DNA of 39,915 nt from Candidatus Nomurabacteria bacterium (GTDB taxonomy: Bacteria; Patescibacteriota; Minisyncoccia; Phycocordibacterales; UBA9973): the NCBI GenBank assembly GCA_016196605.1, contig JACPXJ010000004.1, positions 1 through 39,915 of the forward strand. The letters run 5' to 3'. The first letter of the stretch is position 1. Every line of letters begins with the position of its first letter. This document shows, piece by piece, positions 30,213 to 39,091 of this stretch. The notes beneath the pieces are model-generated. The model made no database searches and was not told where the DNA came from. It saw nothing but the letters and a program-made list of their open reading frames with translations. The position numbers and the translations under genes are program-made.

Positions 30213-30944
30213 ATGAAAAAAATTAAGCTTATTCATGAAGTACGGGCAGTCAAGAGCAAAAAAGAACTCGCAAATATAATCAAAGCGCAGAGAATCAGCG
30301 AGAAAGCGCTTCGCTATACTGTAGCAAAATTAAGAACTGGCATCACGGAACTTGAAATTGCTGATTTCATCAAAAAAACATATTTAAGCCATGGCGTAAA
30401 TGTGTTATCTTTCCCGCCGATAGTCGCTTTTGGCAAAAATACAGCCAATGTTCACCATGAGCCGGGAAGAAACAAATTAAAAAGGGGGGATATTATCATG
30501 TTTGATTTCGGATGCACGGTAAATCATTATTGTTCTGATATGACTCGGACCTATTTCTGGGGCGCGGCTTCTAAAAAACAGAAGAAGATTTATGAGAGCG
30601 TACTTCTAGCGATGGAGCTTGCCATTGGGAAAATAAGAAAAGGGGAGCGAAGGGCAAAAATAATTGATAAGTCGGCGCGAAGTTTTCTAAACAAAAAATT
30701 CGGACAGAAGAAATTCCCGCACGGACTCGGTCATGGAGTAGGTACGGTTATTCACGAATGGCCGAATTTTAAACCAAAGAGCGAAGACGTTTTACCCGTA
30801 GGTTGTGTGATGACTATCGAGCCTGGAATATATTTAAAAGGTTTTGGTGGAGTACGAATAGAGGATATGGTTTTGATTACCCAAAAAGGTTATAAGAATT
30901 TAACTAATGTGTCAAAAGATCTAAAAAGTGCAATTTTAAAATAA
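30213..30944 (+). CDS. M24 family Xaa-Pro peptidase (catalytic domain only)
   Basis: DFG...YCSDMTRT, HGLGHGVG..IHE, TIEPGIY, GGVRIED. Confidence 0.92.
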   Translation: MKKIKLIHEVRAVKSKKELANIIKAQRISEKALRYTVAKLRTGITELEIADFIKKTYLSHGVNVLSFPPIVAFGKNTANVHHEPGRNKLKRGDIIMFDFGCTVNHYCSDMTRTYFWGAASKKQKKIYESVLLAMELAIGKIRKGERRAKIIDKSARSFLNKKFGQKKFPHGLGHGVGTVIHEWPNFKPKSEDVLPVGCVMTIEPGIYLKGFGGVRIEDMVLITQKGYKNLTNVSKDLKSAILK

Positions 30945-30961
30945 TCGGGTATACTGTCTTC

Positions 30962-31933
30962 ATGGCAAAAAAGAAATTGAAAATTGGAGTGCTTTTTGGA
31001 GGTAAATCAGCGGAACACGAAGTATCGCTTCGTTCGGCAGAAAACATATTTAATGCTTTAGGTAAAGATAAATATGAAATTACTCCAATCAAAATAAACA
31101 AGAATGGAAAATTTAAATTGGATATTTTCAAAAATTTCGATGTGATTTTTCCCGTATTGCATGGTCCCTTCGGCGAAGATGGCAGTATGCAAGGACTTTT
31201 AAAAGTTGCTGGTGTGCCATATGTGGGAGCTGGAGTGCTCGGTTCAGCTGTAGGAATGGATAAAGATGTCATGAAAAGACTTCTGCGAGACGCAGGTATT
31301 CCAATTGGGAAATTCACAACTTTAAAACTTGGAGAAAAAATTACTTTTGAAAAAGCGAAAAAAGATCTAGGGCTGCCGTTATTTATTAAGCCGGTTAATA
31401 TGGGTTCATCGGTGGGAGTCAGTAAAGTCAGAAATGAAAAAGAATTCAATCAAGCGATTAAGAAAGCATTTGAATTTGACACAAAAGTGATAATTGAAGA
31501 ATTTATCAACGGCAGGGAAATAGAATGTTCGGTTTTGGGAAATGATAAGCCGATTGCTTCCGTTCCCGGAGAAGTTATAGTCAAAGATGATTTTTATTCT
31601 TACAACACAAAATATATCAATGAGAACGGAGCAATCATTCAAATTCCTGCCAAACTTTCAAAAAAATCTATAAAAGAAATTCAAGAACTTTCCGTGAAAA
31701 CTTTCAAGACTCTTTCTTGTGAAGGATTCGGCAGAGTGGACAGCTTTTTAACAAAAAGTGGAAAAGTTTACATTAACGAAATAAATACGATTCCAGGATT
31801 TACTTCCATCAGCATGTATCCAAAATTATGGGAAGCAAGTGGATTGCCGTTGCCTAAACTTCTTGATAAGTTGATTGAACTTGCCATAGAACGATTTAAG
31901 AAGGAACAGAAATTAAAAACAACGGTTAATTAA
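30962..31933 (+). CDS. ddl: D-alanine--D-alanine ligase
   Basis: GGKSAEHEVS, LHGPFGEDG, GSSVG, NEINTIPGFT. Confidence 0.97.
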   Translation: MAKKKLKIGVLFGGKSAEHEVSLRSAENIFNALGKDKYEITPIKINKNGKFKLDIFKNFDVIFPVLHGPFGEDGSMQGLLKVAGVPYVGAGVLGSAVGMDKDVMKRLLRDAGIPIGKFTTLKLGEKITFEKAKKDLGLPLFIKPVNMGSSVGVSKVRNEKEFNQAIKKAFEFDTKVIIEEFINGREIECSVLGNDKPIASVPGEVIVKDDFYSYNTKYINENGAIIQIPAKLSKKSIKEIQELSVKTFKTLSCEGFGRVDSFLTKSGKVYINEINTIPGFTSISMYPKLWEASGLPLPKLLDKLIELAIERFKKEQKLKTTVN

Positions 31934-31938
31934 ACACC

Positions 31939-32751
31939 ATGTCGAATATCAGCAAAAAAAATAATCAACCGATCGGCGTCTTTGATTCGGGAGTAGGAGG
32001 ACTTTCGGTGCTAATTGAACTCAAACGTTTACTTCCGAATGAGAATTTTGTTTTTTTGGCTGACCAGAAATATGTGCCTTATGGAGAGAAAACTAAAAAC
32101 GAACTTATTCAACTGGCATATAAAATAACAGATTATTTTATAAATCAGCATGATGTGAAAATGATGATTGTAGCTTGCAATACTTCCACCTGTAATTCAA
32201 TCAGTGAAGTTCGAGCAAAATATACACTGCCTGTTGTTGGTACTGTGCCGGCCATCAAACCAGCGGCAGAAAAAACAAAAAGCGGGACTGTTGCCATCAT
32301 TGCCACTCCTTCAACTTCAAAAAGCGAAGTACTAAAGAATCTTATTAAAGATTTTTGCTCGAATGTAAAAGTTTTAAATATTGGTTGTAAAAATCTAGAA
32401 GATGCGGTAGAGACAGGGAAATTAGATAGTGCAGAAGTTCATCAATTACTTCTAAAATATCTGGAGGAAGTGAAAAATTCAAACGCTGATCAGCTTGTTT
32501 TGGGATGCACCCATTATCCTTTTTTGAAAAAATCTATTCAGAATATTGTTGGTTCTGGTGTTAATCTTATAGACAGCGGGAATGCTATTGCCAGACACAC
32601 CAAGTCTTTGTTGGTAAATAATATTTTGGAAAATAGCCAGAAAAAAAATGGTAAAACTATTTACTTTACGACTGGAGATCCTGTAAAATTTTCAAAGGTT
32701 GCTTCTCTGCTGCTGAAAGAACAAATTAAAGCAAAAAAAGTAAAAATCTAA
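31939..32751 (+). CDS. murI: Glutamate racemase
   Basis: FDSGVGGL, ACNT, LGCTHYP. Confidence 0.97.
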   Translation: MSNISKKNNQPIGVFDSGVGGLSVLIELKRLLPNENFVFLADQKYVPYGEKTKNELIQLAYKITDYFINQHDVKMMIVACNTSTCNSISEVRAKYTLPVVGTVPAIKPAAEKTKSGTVAIIATPSTSKSEVLKNLIKDFCSNVKVLNIGCKNLEDAVETGKLDSAEVHQLLLKYLEEVKNSNADQLVLGCTHYPFLKKSIQNIVGSGVNLIDSGNAIARHTKSLLVNNILENSQKKNGKTIYFTTGDPVKFSKVASLLLKEQIKAKKVKI

Positions 32752-32801
32752 ATCTTCACGGCTTATTTGCTTTTTTACTTATTTTAGATTAGTCTATTTG
32801 C

Positions 32802-32960
32802 ATGTCACAAGATCGGCTCATAAAGCTTGCCTGCGGTACCTGTAAACGCGTGAATTACTGGTCCAGCAAGAACAAGAAACTCGTCACAAAGAAGATAGAA
32901 CTTTTGAAATTTTGCAATTGGTGTAGGAAAAGAACTAAACATAAGGAGGCTAAGAAGTAA
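32802..32960 (+). CDS. rpmG: 50S ribosomal protein L33 (not in ORF track)
   Basis: Translated by hand: MSQDRLIKLACGTCKRVNYWSSKNKKLVTKKIELLKFCNWCRKRTKHKEAKK, with two CxxC motifs. Confidence 0.96.
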   Translation: MSQDRLIKLACGTCKRVNYWSSKNKKLVTKKIELLKFCNWCRKRTKHKEAKK

Positions 32961-33039
32961 TTTTTATTAAATCTAGGACAAGGTTAAACCTTGTCCTATC
33001 GTTGCAAAAATACCCATACAAAGGTATAAATAAGGCTAT

Positions 33040-33110
33040 GGGCGATTGGTGAAGTGGCATCATAATTCTCTCCAAAAGAACAGTCGAAGGTTCGATTCCT
33101 TCATCGCCCG
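33040..33110 (+). tRNA. tRNA-Trp (CCA)
   Basis: GGGCGAT/ATCGCCC acceptor; TTCT-CT-CCA-AA-AGAA; GAAGG-TTCGATT-CCTTC; follows rpmG. Confidence 0.92.
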
Positions 33111-33113
33111 CAT

Positions 33114-33449
33114 ATGAAATTCTTATTATCAATAAATTATATTGTCTGGCTGGTGATATCCGCCCTATTTTTTGCCATCGGTGAATTTTTATCTAAGAAA
33201 TTTGCCCTCGGTCCAAAACTTATATATGTGGTATTTATCCTCGTTGCTTATTCTTTAGGAACACTTGCGTGGTTGCCGGCGATTTTACAGAAAAATTCAC
33301 TTTCCATTGTAGGAGCCATGTGGTCTGTATTAACTCTAGCCATAACCATATTGATAGGAGTTTTAATTTTCGGAGAAAGATTGAATTTGATAGGGATTAT
33401 TGGAATAGCATTCGCCCTGATAGCAGTTGTACTATTATCAATATCCTAA
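33114..33449 (+). CDS. Small 4-TM SMR/DMT-like membrane protein
   Basis: 111 aa, four hydrophobic helices, Glu in TM1, W in TM3 and FGE loop. Confidence 0.75.
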   Translation: MKFLLSINYIVWLVISALFFAIGEFLSKKFALGPKLIYVVFILVAYSLGTLAWLPAILQKNSLSIVGAMWSVLTLAITILIGVLIFGERLNLIGIIGIAFALIAVVLLSIS

Positions 33450-34297
33450 TTTTCAATGCCAATTTTCTTTGACGCGTCGAACCATTTTATTTGCTTATCG
33501 CGCTTAAACCAGGTTATTTGGCGTTTGGCATAATTCATAGTCGCCTTGATTACTTTTTCTGGTGTTGGTTTGTAATATTCAAAACCTAATTCTTTTAATC
33601 TACCATCTGAAATACCAGATTTTTTAAGTTTTGTAATTTCTTTAAGTAAACCATCCTGAAACATTTTTTTCACTCTTCTCTCTACTTTCTTTTTTAATTT
33701 GTCCGGCGGCAAGTACAGGCCAATTTTTTTAAACTTATAACTTGGTAGTCGAAGTACCAAGTTGGGAACTTTTCCCAAAGTTTTAGCTATCTCAATCGCT
33801 CTAATAATCCTGACTCTATTTTTATGATCTATTTCCTTTGCGCGCCTAGAATCAAGTTTTTTAAGTTTTAGCATTAGTACGCGGTCGCTTGCTAATGCTA
33901 GTTTCTTGCGAAGTGGATAGTTTGGCAGAACTTCAGGGAAAACAACTCCTTTTGTAATTGCGTCAATATAAAATCCAGTGCCCCCGCATATGATAGGAGT
34001 TTTACCGTGAGAGATTATTTCTTCCAGCTTCTTTTCAGCTAGTTCTTTATATTGAGCTACAGTAAATTGTTTTTTAGGATTTGCTACATCAATCAAATGA
34101 TGCGGCACCCCCTGCATTTCTTTCTGAGTAATCTTACCTGTACCTATGTCAAGACCTTTATAAACTTGTCTCGAATCTGCCGAAATTATTTCGCCGTTAA
34201 TTTTTTTAGCAATTTTTACCGCTAGATCACTTTTACCTGTGGCGGTTTGACCTAAAATAACTATTACTCTAGGCATGTCAAAGTGTCTCTTTAACAT
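33446..34297 (-). CDS. miaA: tRNA dimethylallyltransferase
   Basis: GQTATGKS, SADSRQVY, GGTGFY, YAKRQITW. ATG overlaps the murA TGA; alternative start at 34276. Confidence 0.96.
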   Translation of the reverse strand: MLKRHFDMPRVIVILGQTATGKSDLAVKIAKKINGEIISADSRQVYKGLDIGTGKITQKEMQGVPHHLIDVANPKKQFTVAQYKELAEKKLEEIISHGKTPIICGGTGFYIDAITKGVVFPEVLPNYPLRKKLALASDRVLMLKLKKLDSRRAKEIDHKNRVRIIRAIEIAKTLGKVPNLVLRLPSYKFKKIGLYLPPDKLKKKVERRVKKMFQDGLLKEITKLKKSGISDGRLKELGFEYYKPTPEKVIKATMNYAKRQITWFKRDKQIKWFDASKKIGIEN

Positions 34298-35655
34298 CAG
34301 CTGCCTTTAATTATTTTGATATCTGCGCCGATCGAATTCAAGCGTTCAGCTATTTCCTCATAGCCGCGATTGATCATGTAAACATTGCGCAAGATCGAAG
34401 TACCGCTTGCTCCCAGCATTGATATGAGGATAACCATAGAGGGACGCAAAGCCGGCGGACAGACGATTTGAGCTCCTTTGAGGACTGTGCCTCCGTTTAT
34501 ATAAAGGCGATGCGGGTCGGCGAGAGTCACTTCAGCGCCTAAGCGATTGAGCTCAGTCAGATATATCGCCCGATTTTCATAAACCCAGTCGTGGATCATA
34601 GTCTGTCCCTTTGCTCGAATCGCGATGGGTACAAAAAACGGCAGATTGTCGATGTTTATTCCGGGATAAGGATTGGAATGCAATTTATCATTCAAAGCTT
34701 TCAGCTTGCTTGGGAAGATCTCAATATCAGCAAGTCTGGTGCGACCGTTGAATGAAAAATAAATTTTTGAGATTTTATATTTCAGGTTCATCCTTTTCAG
34801 CTTTTCCATTTCCAGAGCCAAAAAGTCTATCGGCGCGCGGGTGATGGTGAGCCGTGAATCGGTAATGATCGCTGCGGAAATAAACATCATTGATTCAATC
34901 GGATCTTCACTGTTCCAATATTCTATATCCTTATTTATTTCTGACACTCCATGTACAGTCAGATTGGTCGTGCCGATGCCGTCTATTTTGACACCTAATG
35001 CTTCCAGGAAAAAGCAAACTTCCTGCACCATGTAATTCGCGCTGGCAAAGCTTATCTTTATAGTGCCGGGAATAAGGACAGCTGCTGAGAGGACATTTTC
35101 ACATGCTGTATCCCCGGACTCGTACATAACGATACCCATGCCGTTTATCGGCTTGAGCTTCTTCCTCGTTACCTCGTAGCTTTTTGTTGTCGTTTTTATT
35201 TTCACTCCGAGCTTTTCTAGCGCATATATATGGGCGGCGATAGTTCTTTTGCCGAGATTGCATCCGTATGCGTGAGGAATAGAAAAGGAAGATAATTTAT
35301 GTATTAAGGGGCCGATCAGCATGACGATCGAACGGGTTTTTATCGCTGATTCTACGTTTATGTTTTCCAAATTAAATTTCTTCGGGGGTGTGACAGTCAA
35401 AGTATTTTGATTAAGCCATTTTATGCTTACTCCGATGCTCTCCAAAATTTCGATTACCCGATAAACCTCTTCGATGCGCGCAATGCCGTGCAGTATCGTT
35501 ACCCCGCTATTTATGAGCGAGGAGCATAAAAGGCCGACCGAGCCGTTCTTGGAAAAGTTGGTTTTTATAGTTCCGCTCAGTTTTTTTCCTCCATTTACCT
35601 GGAAATCAACTGAATCGGGCAATGATATTCTTAAATTTTCTGTTTCTTCTTTCAT
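34297..35655 (-). CDS. murA: UDP-N-acetylglucosamine 1-carboxyvinyltransferase
   Basis: SKN, GCNLGKR catalytic Cys loop, PYPG, YENR, RGYE. Confidence 0.93.
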   Translation of the reverse strand: MKEETENLRISLPDSVDFQVNGGKKLSGTIKTNFSKNGSVGLLCSSLINSGVTILHGIARIEEVYRVIEILESIGVSIKWLNQNTLTVTPPKKFNLENINVESAIKTRSIVMLIGPLIHKLSSFSIPHAYGCNLGKRTIAAHIYALEKLGVKIKTTTKSYEVTRKKLKPINGMGIVMYESGDTACENVLSAAVLIPGTIKISFASANYMVQEVCFFLEALGVKIDGIGTTNLTVHGVSEINKDIEYWNSEDPIESMMFISAAIITDSRLTITRAPIDFLALEMEKLKRMNLKYKISKIYFSFNGRTRLADIEIFPSKLKALNDKLHSNPYPGINIDNLPFFVPIAIRAKGQTMIHDWVYENRAIYLTELNRLGAEVTLADPHRLYINGGTVLKGAQIVCPPALRPSMVILISMLGASGTSILRNVYMINRGYEEIAERLNSIGADIKIIKGS

Positions 35656-35663
35656 AAATTTTG

Positions 35664-35747
35664 TGCCCAGAGAGAGAATCGAACTCTCATGATGTTGCCA
35701 TCAATAGATTTTGAGTCTATCGCGTCTACCAATTCCGCCATCTGGGC
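35664..35747 (-). tRNA. tRNA-Leu (CAA)
   Basis: GCCCAGA/TCTGGGC acceptor; ATAGA-CT-CAA-AA-TCTAT; long variable arm; GAGAG-TTCGATT-CTCTC. Confidence 0.95.
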
Positions 35748-35877
35748 AAAATGAACTGCTTCATTTTGCCCCTAATCAGCTTGCTGAATCGCCGATGCGA
35801 GTTTACGAGCAGGCGATCGGGGGCAATCTTCCATATTACATTTACACATTACTAAATTTTTGTGTTAAAATCAATTC

Positions 35878-36918
35878 ATGTCCAACGTATATTCAAATTC
35901 AATTTTCTGGATTGATACCGACAAAATAAAACCAAATCCATACCAGCCGCGGCGGGATTTTGATGAAGCGCGCCTTCAAGACCTCGCGGACTCGATAAAG
36001 CAGTATGGAGTGCTCCAGCCGCTGACCGTCTCTCGCGTAGAGAAAGAAAAAGAAGGCGGCGGGCTGGTGACTGAATACGAACTTATTGCCGGGGAGCGGC
36101 GCCTTCGCGCGGCGATACTTGCTCGTGTCTCTCAAGTGCCGGTCATAATCCGCACCGGCGACACTGCGATTATGAAGCTGGAGCTTGCGATCATTGAAAA
36201 TCTGCAGCGTGAAGACTTGAATGCGGTAGATCGCGCCCGGGCTTTCTTTCGTCTGGCCACTGAATTTAAGTTTACCCACGGTGAAATTGCGAAGAAAATG
36301 GGACGCAGCAGGGAATACGTATCAAACTCTTTGCGTATTCTCACCTTGCCGGAAGAAATCTTGGCTGGTCTTCGGGACGGAAAAATCAGCGAAGGCCACA
36401 CTCGGCCGATACTTATGCTTGCCGACCATCCTGAAGAGCAATTAGTGCTTTTTAAGGAAATTGTCTACAAAAAAATAACTGTCCGCGAGGCGGAAAAAAT
36501 TGCCAGAAAAATCGCTTATGACCGAGTACGCAAGAAAGAATTCATGCCCGATCCTGAAATAACCGAGCTTGAGGAAGAATTCCAACAAAAACTCGGCACC
36601 AGAGTCCATATCGACAGGAAAGAGCTTGGCGGACAGATAAGAATTGACTATTTTTCCAAAGAGGATCTGCGCGCTATTTTGGACTCGATGCAAAAGGCAG
36701 TTTATGAGAAAAATCCTGCCGAAATGTTGGAAAATTATATAGCGAATGCCAGGAAAGAAGTGGCTGAAGAATCACAGAGAGAACAAGTCGAGACAGCGCC
36801 TCAGGCGCTATCTGGGAGCGCTTTAGGCGCTCTTGAAGTTCCTATCGACGATCGATCAAAAGAGGAAGTCAAAAAAGACGACAGCGACTTATATAATATC
36901 TCGAATTTCAGCGTTTAG
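35878..36918 (+). CDS. parB: ParB/Spo0J chromosome partitioning protein
   Basis: PNPYQPR, GVLQP, IAGERRLRA, IENLQREDL, HTH. Confidence 0.96.
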   Translation: MSNVYSNSIFWIDTDKIKPNPYQPRRDFDEARLQDLADSIKQYGVLQPLTVSRVEKEKEGGGLVTEYELIAGERRLRAAILARVSQVPVIIRTGDTAIMKLELAIIENLQREDLNAVDRARAFFRLATEFKFTHGEIAKKMGRSREYVSNSLRILTLPEEILAGLRDGKISEGHTRPILMLADHPEEQLVLFKEIVYKKITVREAEKIARKIAYDRVRKKEFMPDPEITELEEEFQQKLGTRVHIDRKELGGQIRIDYFSKEDLRAILDSMQKAVYEKNPAEMLENYIANARKEVAEESQREQVETAPQALSGSALGALEVPIDDRSKEEVKKDDSDLYNISNFSV

Positions 36919-39089
36919 CTTTCTATCTTCTTTATTTTGTGAGGATTGTGCATCGGACATGCTTTATTAGAGCAACGTTCGGGGATGGTTTTCGTGCCTT
37001 CCATCATGAGAGAGCCGCATTCTTTGCAGATATTCCCGGTTGGTTTGGCTTTTATCGCGAATTTGCATTTAGGATAATTTGAACAGGAATAGAAAATGCC
37101 GAATCGTCCGCGGCGCTCGCTGATGTCTCCGGTTTTACATAGAGGACAGGATACACCAGTGCGTTTTTTGGCTTCATCTGCTTCATCGCTCTTTATGAAT
37201 TTGCATTTTGGATAGCGGGAGCAAGAAATAAAAGTGCCTGTGCCGTCACGCCTTTGTCTGATGACCAGCTTGCCGCCCATATCTTTTTTTCTTTTCCCCC
37301 CAGCCTCCGCTAAAGCTACGGCGGGCGCAGCACACTCGGGGCACATTTCTCCGGTTTCCTCCGGACCTTTTAGTTCTGTACCGTCAAGCATCAATGCCCC
37401 ATCGCAGTCAGGGTAACGTAAGCAAGAATAGAATTTTCCTCCCCGAGAGAGCTTGATAATCATGTTGGATCCACATTTTGGGCACTTGATATTTTTCGGC
37501 GCATCGCCCAAATTCGTAGCTTTCTCCAACTTTTCTTTTGATTTCACTTCTTTTAAAAATGGCCCATAGAAATCTTTGAGCGTCTTCTCATATTCGCGCT
37601 CGCCGCGGGAAATTTCATCAAGTTCATCTTCCATTTCGGCGGTAAAGCTGTCAGATATGTAATTCATAAAATGTTTTTCCAAGAAGTCAGACACGACTTC
37701 GCCCACGTCAGTAGGGAATAAAGTTTTTCCCTCTTTTTTTACGTAACCTCTTTCTTCAATGGTGCGCATTATCGAAGCGTAAGTTGAAGGTCGCCCTATG
37801 TCCCTTTGTTCCAGTTCTTTGATAAGTCCTGCTTCACTATACCTGTCGGGCGGCAAAGTAAATTTTTCCTCATTATTTAAATCTATCAACTTCAAAACTT
37901 CTCCTTCCTTACATTGAGGAAGGTTTACATCATCACCGACTGCGTCGCTATCCACTTTGAGCCACCCGGGAAATAAGAGACGAGAGCCGTTGGCTCCGAA
38001 TTCAGGCAGATCATCATGATTTTTTATTTTGGCAGTGACTTTTGTTTTAAGCAGTTTTGCGTCAGTCATCTGGGAAGACACTGCCCGTTCCCAGATCAAC
38101 CTGTACAATCTGTCCTGATCCTCGCTTCCGGCAGTGAGGTGTTCTATATGAGTAGGGCGTATGGCTTCGTGCGCCTCCTGGACATTTTTTGATTTGGCTT
38201 TGTAAACTCGCGCTTCTGCATAGTCTGCGCCGTATTTCTTTTTTACGAGCGCAATAATTTGGTTTTGAGCGGTAACAGACAAATTTGTGCTGTCCGTTCG
38301 CATATAGGTAATATGCCCGGCTTCATAAAGTTTTTGAGATATTTGCATAGTACGCGAAGGGGAATATCCAAGCCGCGAGCTGGCAGTCTGCTGCAGAGTA
38401 GAAGTGGTAAAAGGCGCGCGAGGCGAACGCTTTTGTTCGGACTCTTTAACTCCACTTACGATCCAAGTGCCATCCTTGCCCTCTCTCATTATTCTTTGCA
38501 CTAATTTCTCATCCCGAGGTTCTTCGGAACATTCCAGAAGAAGCTGGCTCCCCAAAGCAAGACCTTGGGATCCCTTAAGGTCTTGCTTTTCTCCGCCAGC
38601 AGTTTTAAATAGACCAAAGACTCTCCAGTATTTTTCTGGCACAAAAGCGCGGATTTCGCGTTCACGTTCCATAATAATTCGGAGCGCCGGCGATTGAACC
38701 CGGCCAGCCGAAAGCCCGTAGCGGACTTTTTTCCAGATAAGCCCGGAAAGATCGTAGCCGACAAGGCGGTCGAGAACCCTTCGCGCTTCTTGCGCTTGCC
38801 TTAAGTTAGTATCAATTTTTCGCGGCTCTTTTAACGCTTCCTCCACAGCTTCCTTTGTGATTTCATGGAATGTTACCCTTTCTATCGGCGCTTTTACTTT
38901 TTTGTCCTGTTTTAAAAGAGTTTCTATGTGCCAGGCAATTGCTTCACCCTCACGGTCAGGGTCGGTCGCGATTATCACTTCATTTGCTTTTTGTGCCAGC
39001 CCCTGTAGTTCGTGCACGATTTTTTCTTTCCCCTTGGAAATTTCGTAGTTGGGAACAAATCCGGCCTCGATATCGATCGCATAGTGCAA
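36915..39089 (-). CDS. topA: DNA topoisomerase I (type IA), apparently missing about 40 N-terminal residues
   Basis: ATDPDREGE, SAGRVQS, ITYMRTDS active Tyr, QEAHEAIRPT, C-terminal Zn ribbons. No ESPAK or GHxRDL upstream. Confidence 0.9.
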   Translation of the reverse strand: MHYAIDIEAGFVPNYEISKGKEKIVHELQGLAQKANEVIIATDPDREGEAIAWHIETLLKQDKKVKAPIERVTFHEITKEAVEEALKEPRKIDTNLRQAQEARRVLDRLVGYDLSGLIWKKVRYGLSAGRVQSPALRIIMEREREIRAFVPEKYWRVFGLFKTAGGEKQDLKGSQGLALGSQLLLECSEEPRDEKLVQRIMREGKDGTWIVSGVKESEQKRSPRAPFTTSTLQQTASSRLGYSPSRTMQISQKLYEAGHITYMRTDSTNLSVTAQNQIIALVKKKYGADYAEARVYKAKSKNVQEAHEAIRPTHIEHLTAGSEDQDRLYRLIWERAVSSQMTDAKLLKTKVTAKIKNHDDLPEFGANGSRLLFPGWLKVDSDAVGDDVNLPQCKEGEVLKLIDLNNEEKFTLPPDRYSEAGLIKELEQRDIGRPSTYASIMRTIEERGYVKKEGKTLFPTDVGEVVSDFLEKHFMNYISDSFTAEMEDELDEISRGEREYEKTLKDFYGPFLKEVKSKEKLEKATNLGDAPKNIKCPKCGSNMIIKLSRGGKFYSCLRYPDCDGALMLDGTELKGPEETGEMCPECAAPAVALAEAGGKRKKDMGGKLVIRQRRDGTGTFISCSRYPKCKFIKSDEADEAKKRTGVSCPLCKTGDISERRGRFGIFYSCSNYPKCKFAIKAKPTGNICKECGSLMMEGTKTIPERCSNKACPMHNPHKIKKIES

Positions 39090-39091
39090 AT

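Noticed and set aside
35138..35154. GCCG-TTTAT-CGGC mini-palindrome in murA
   Set aside because: It fits the N5-core pattern, but 4-bp arms are common by chance.
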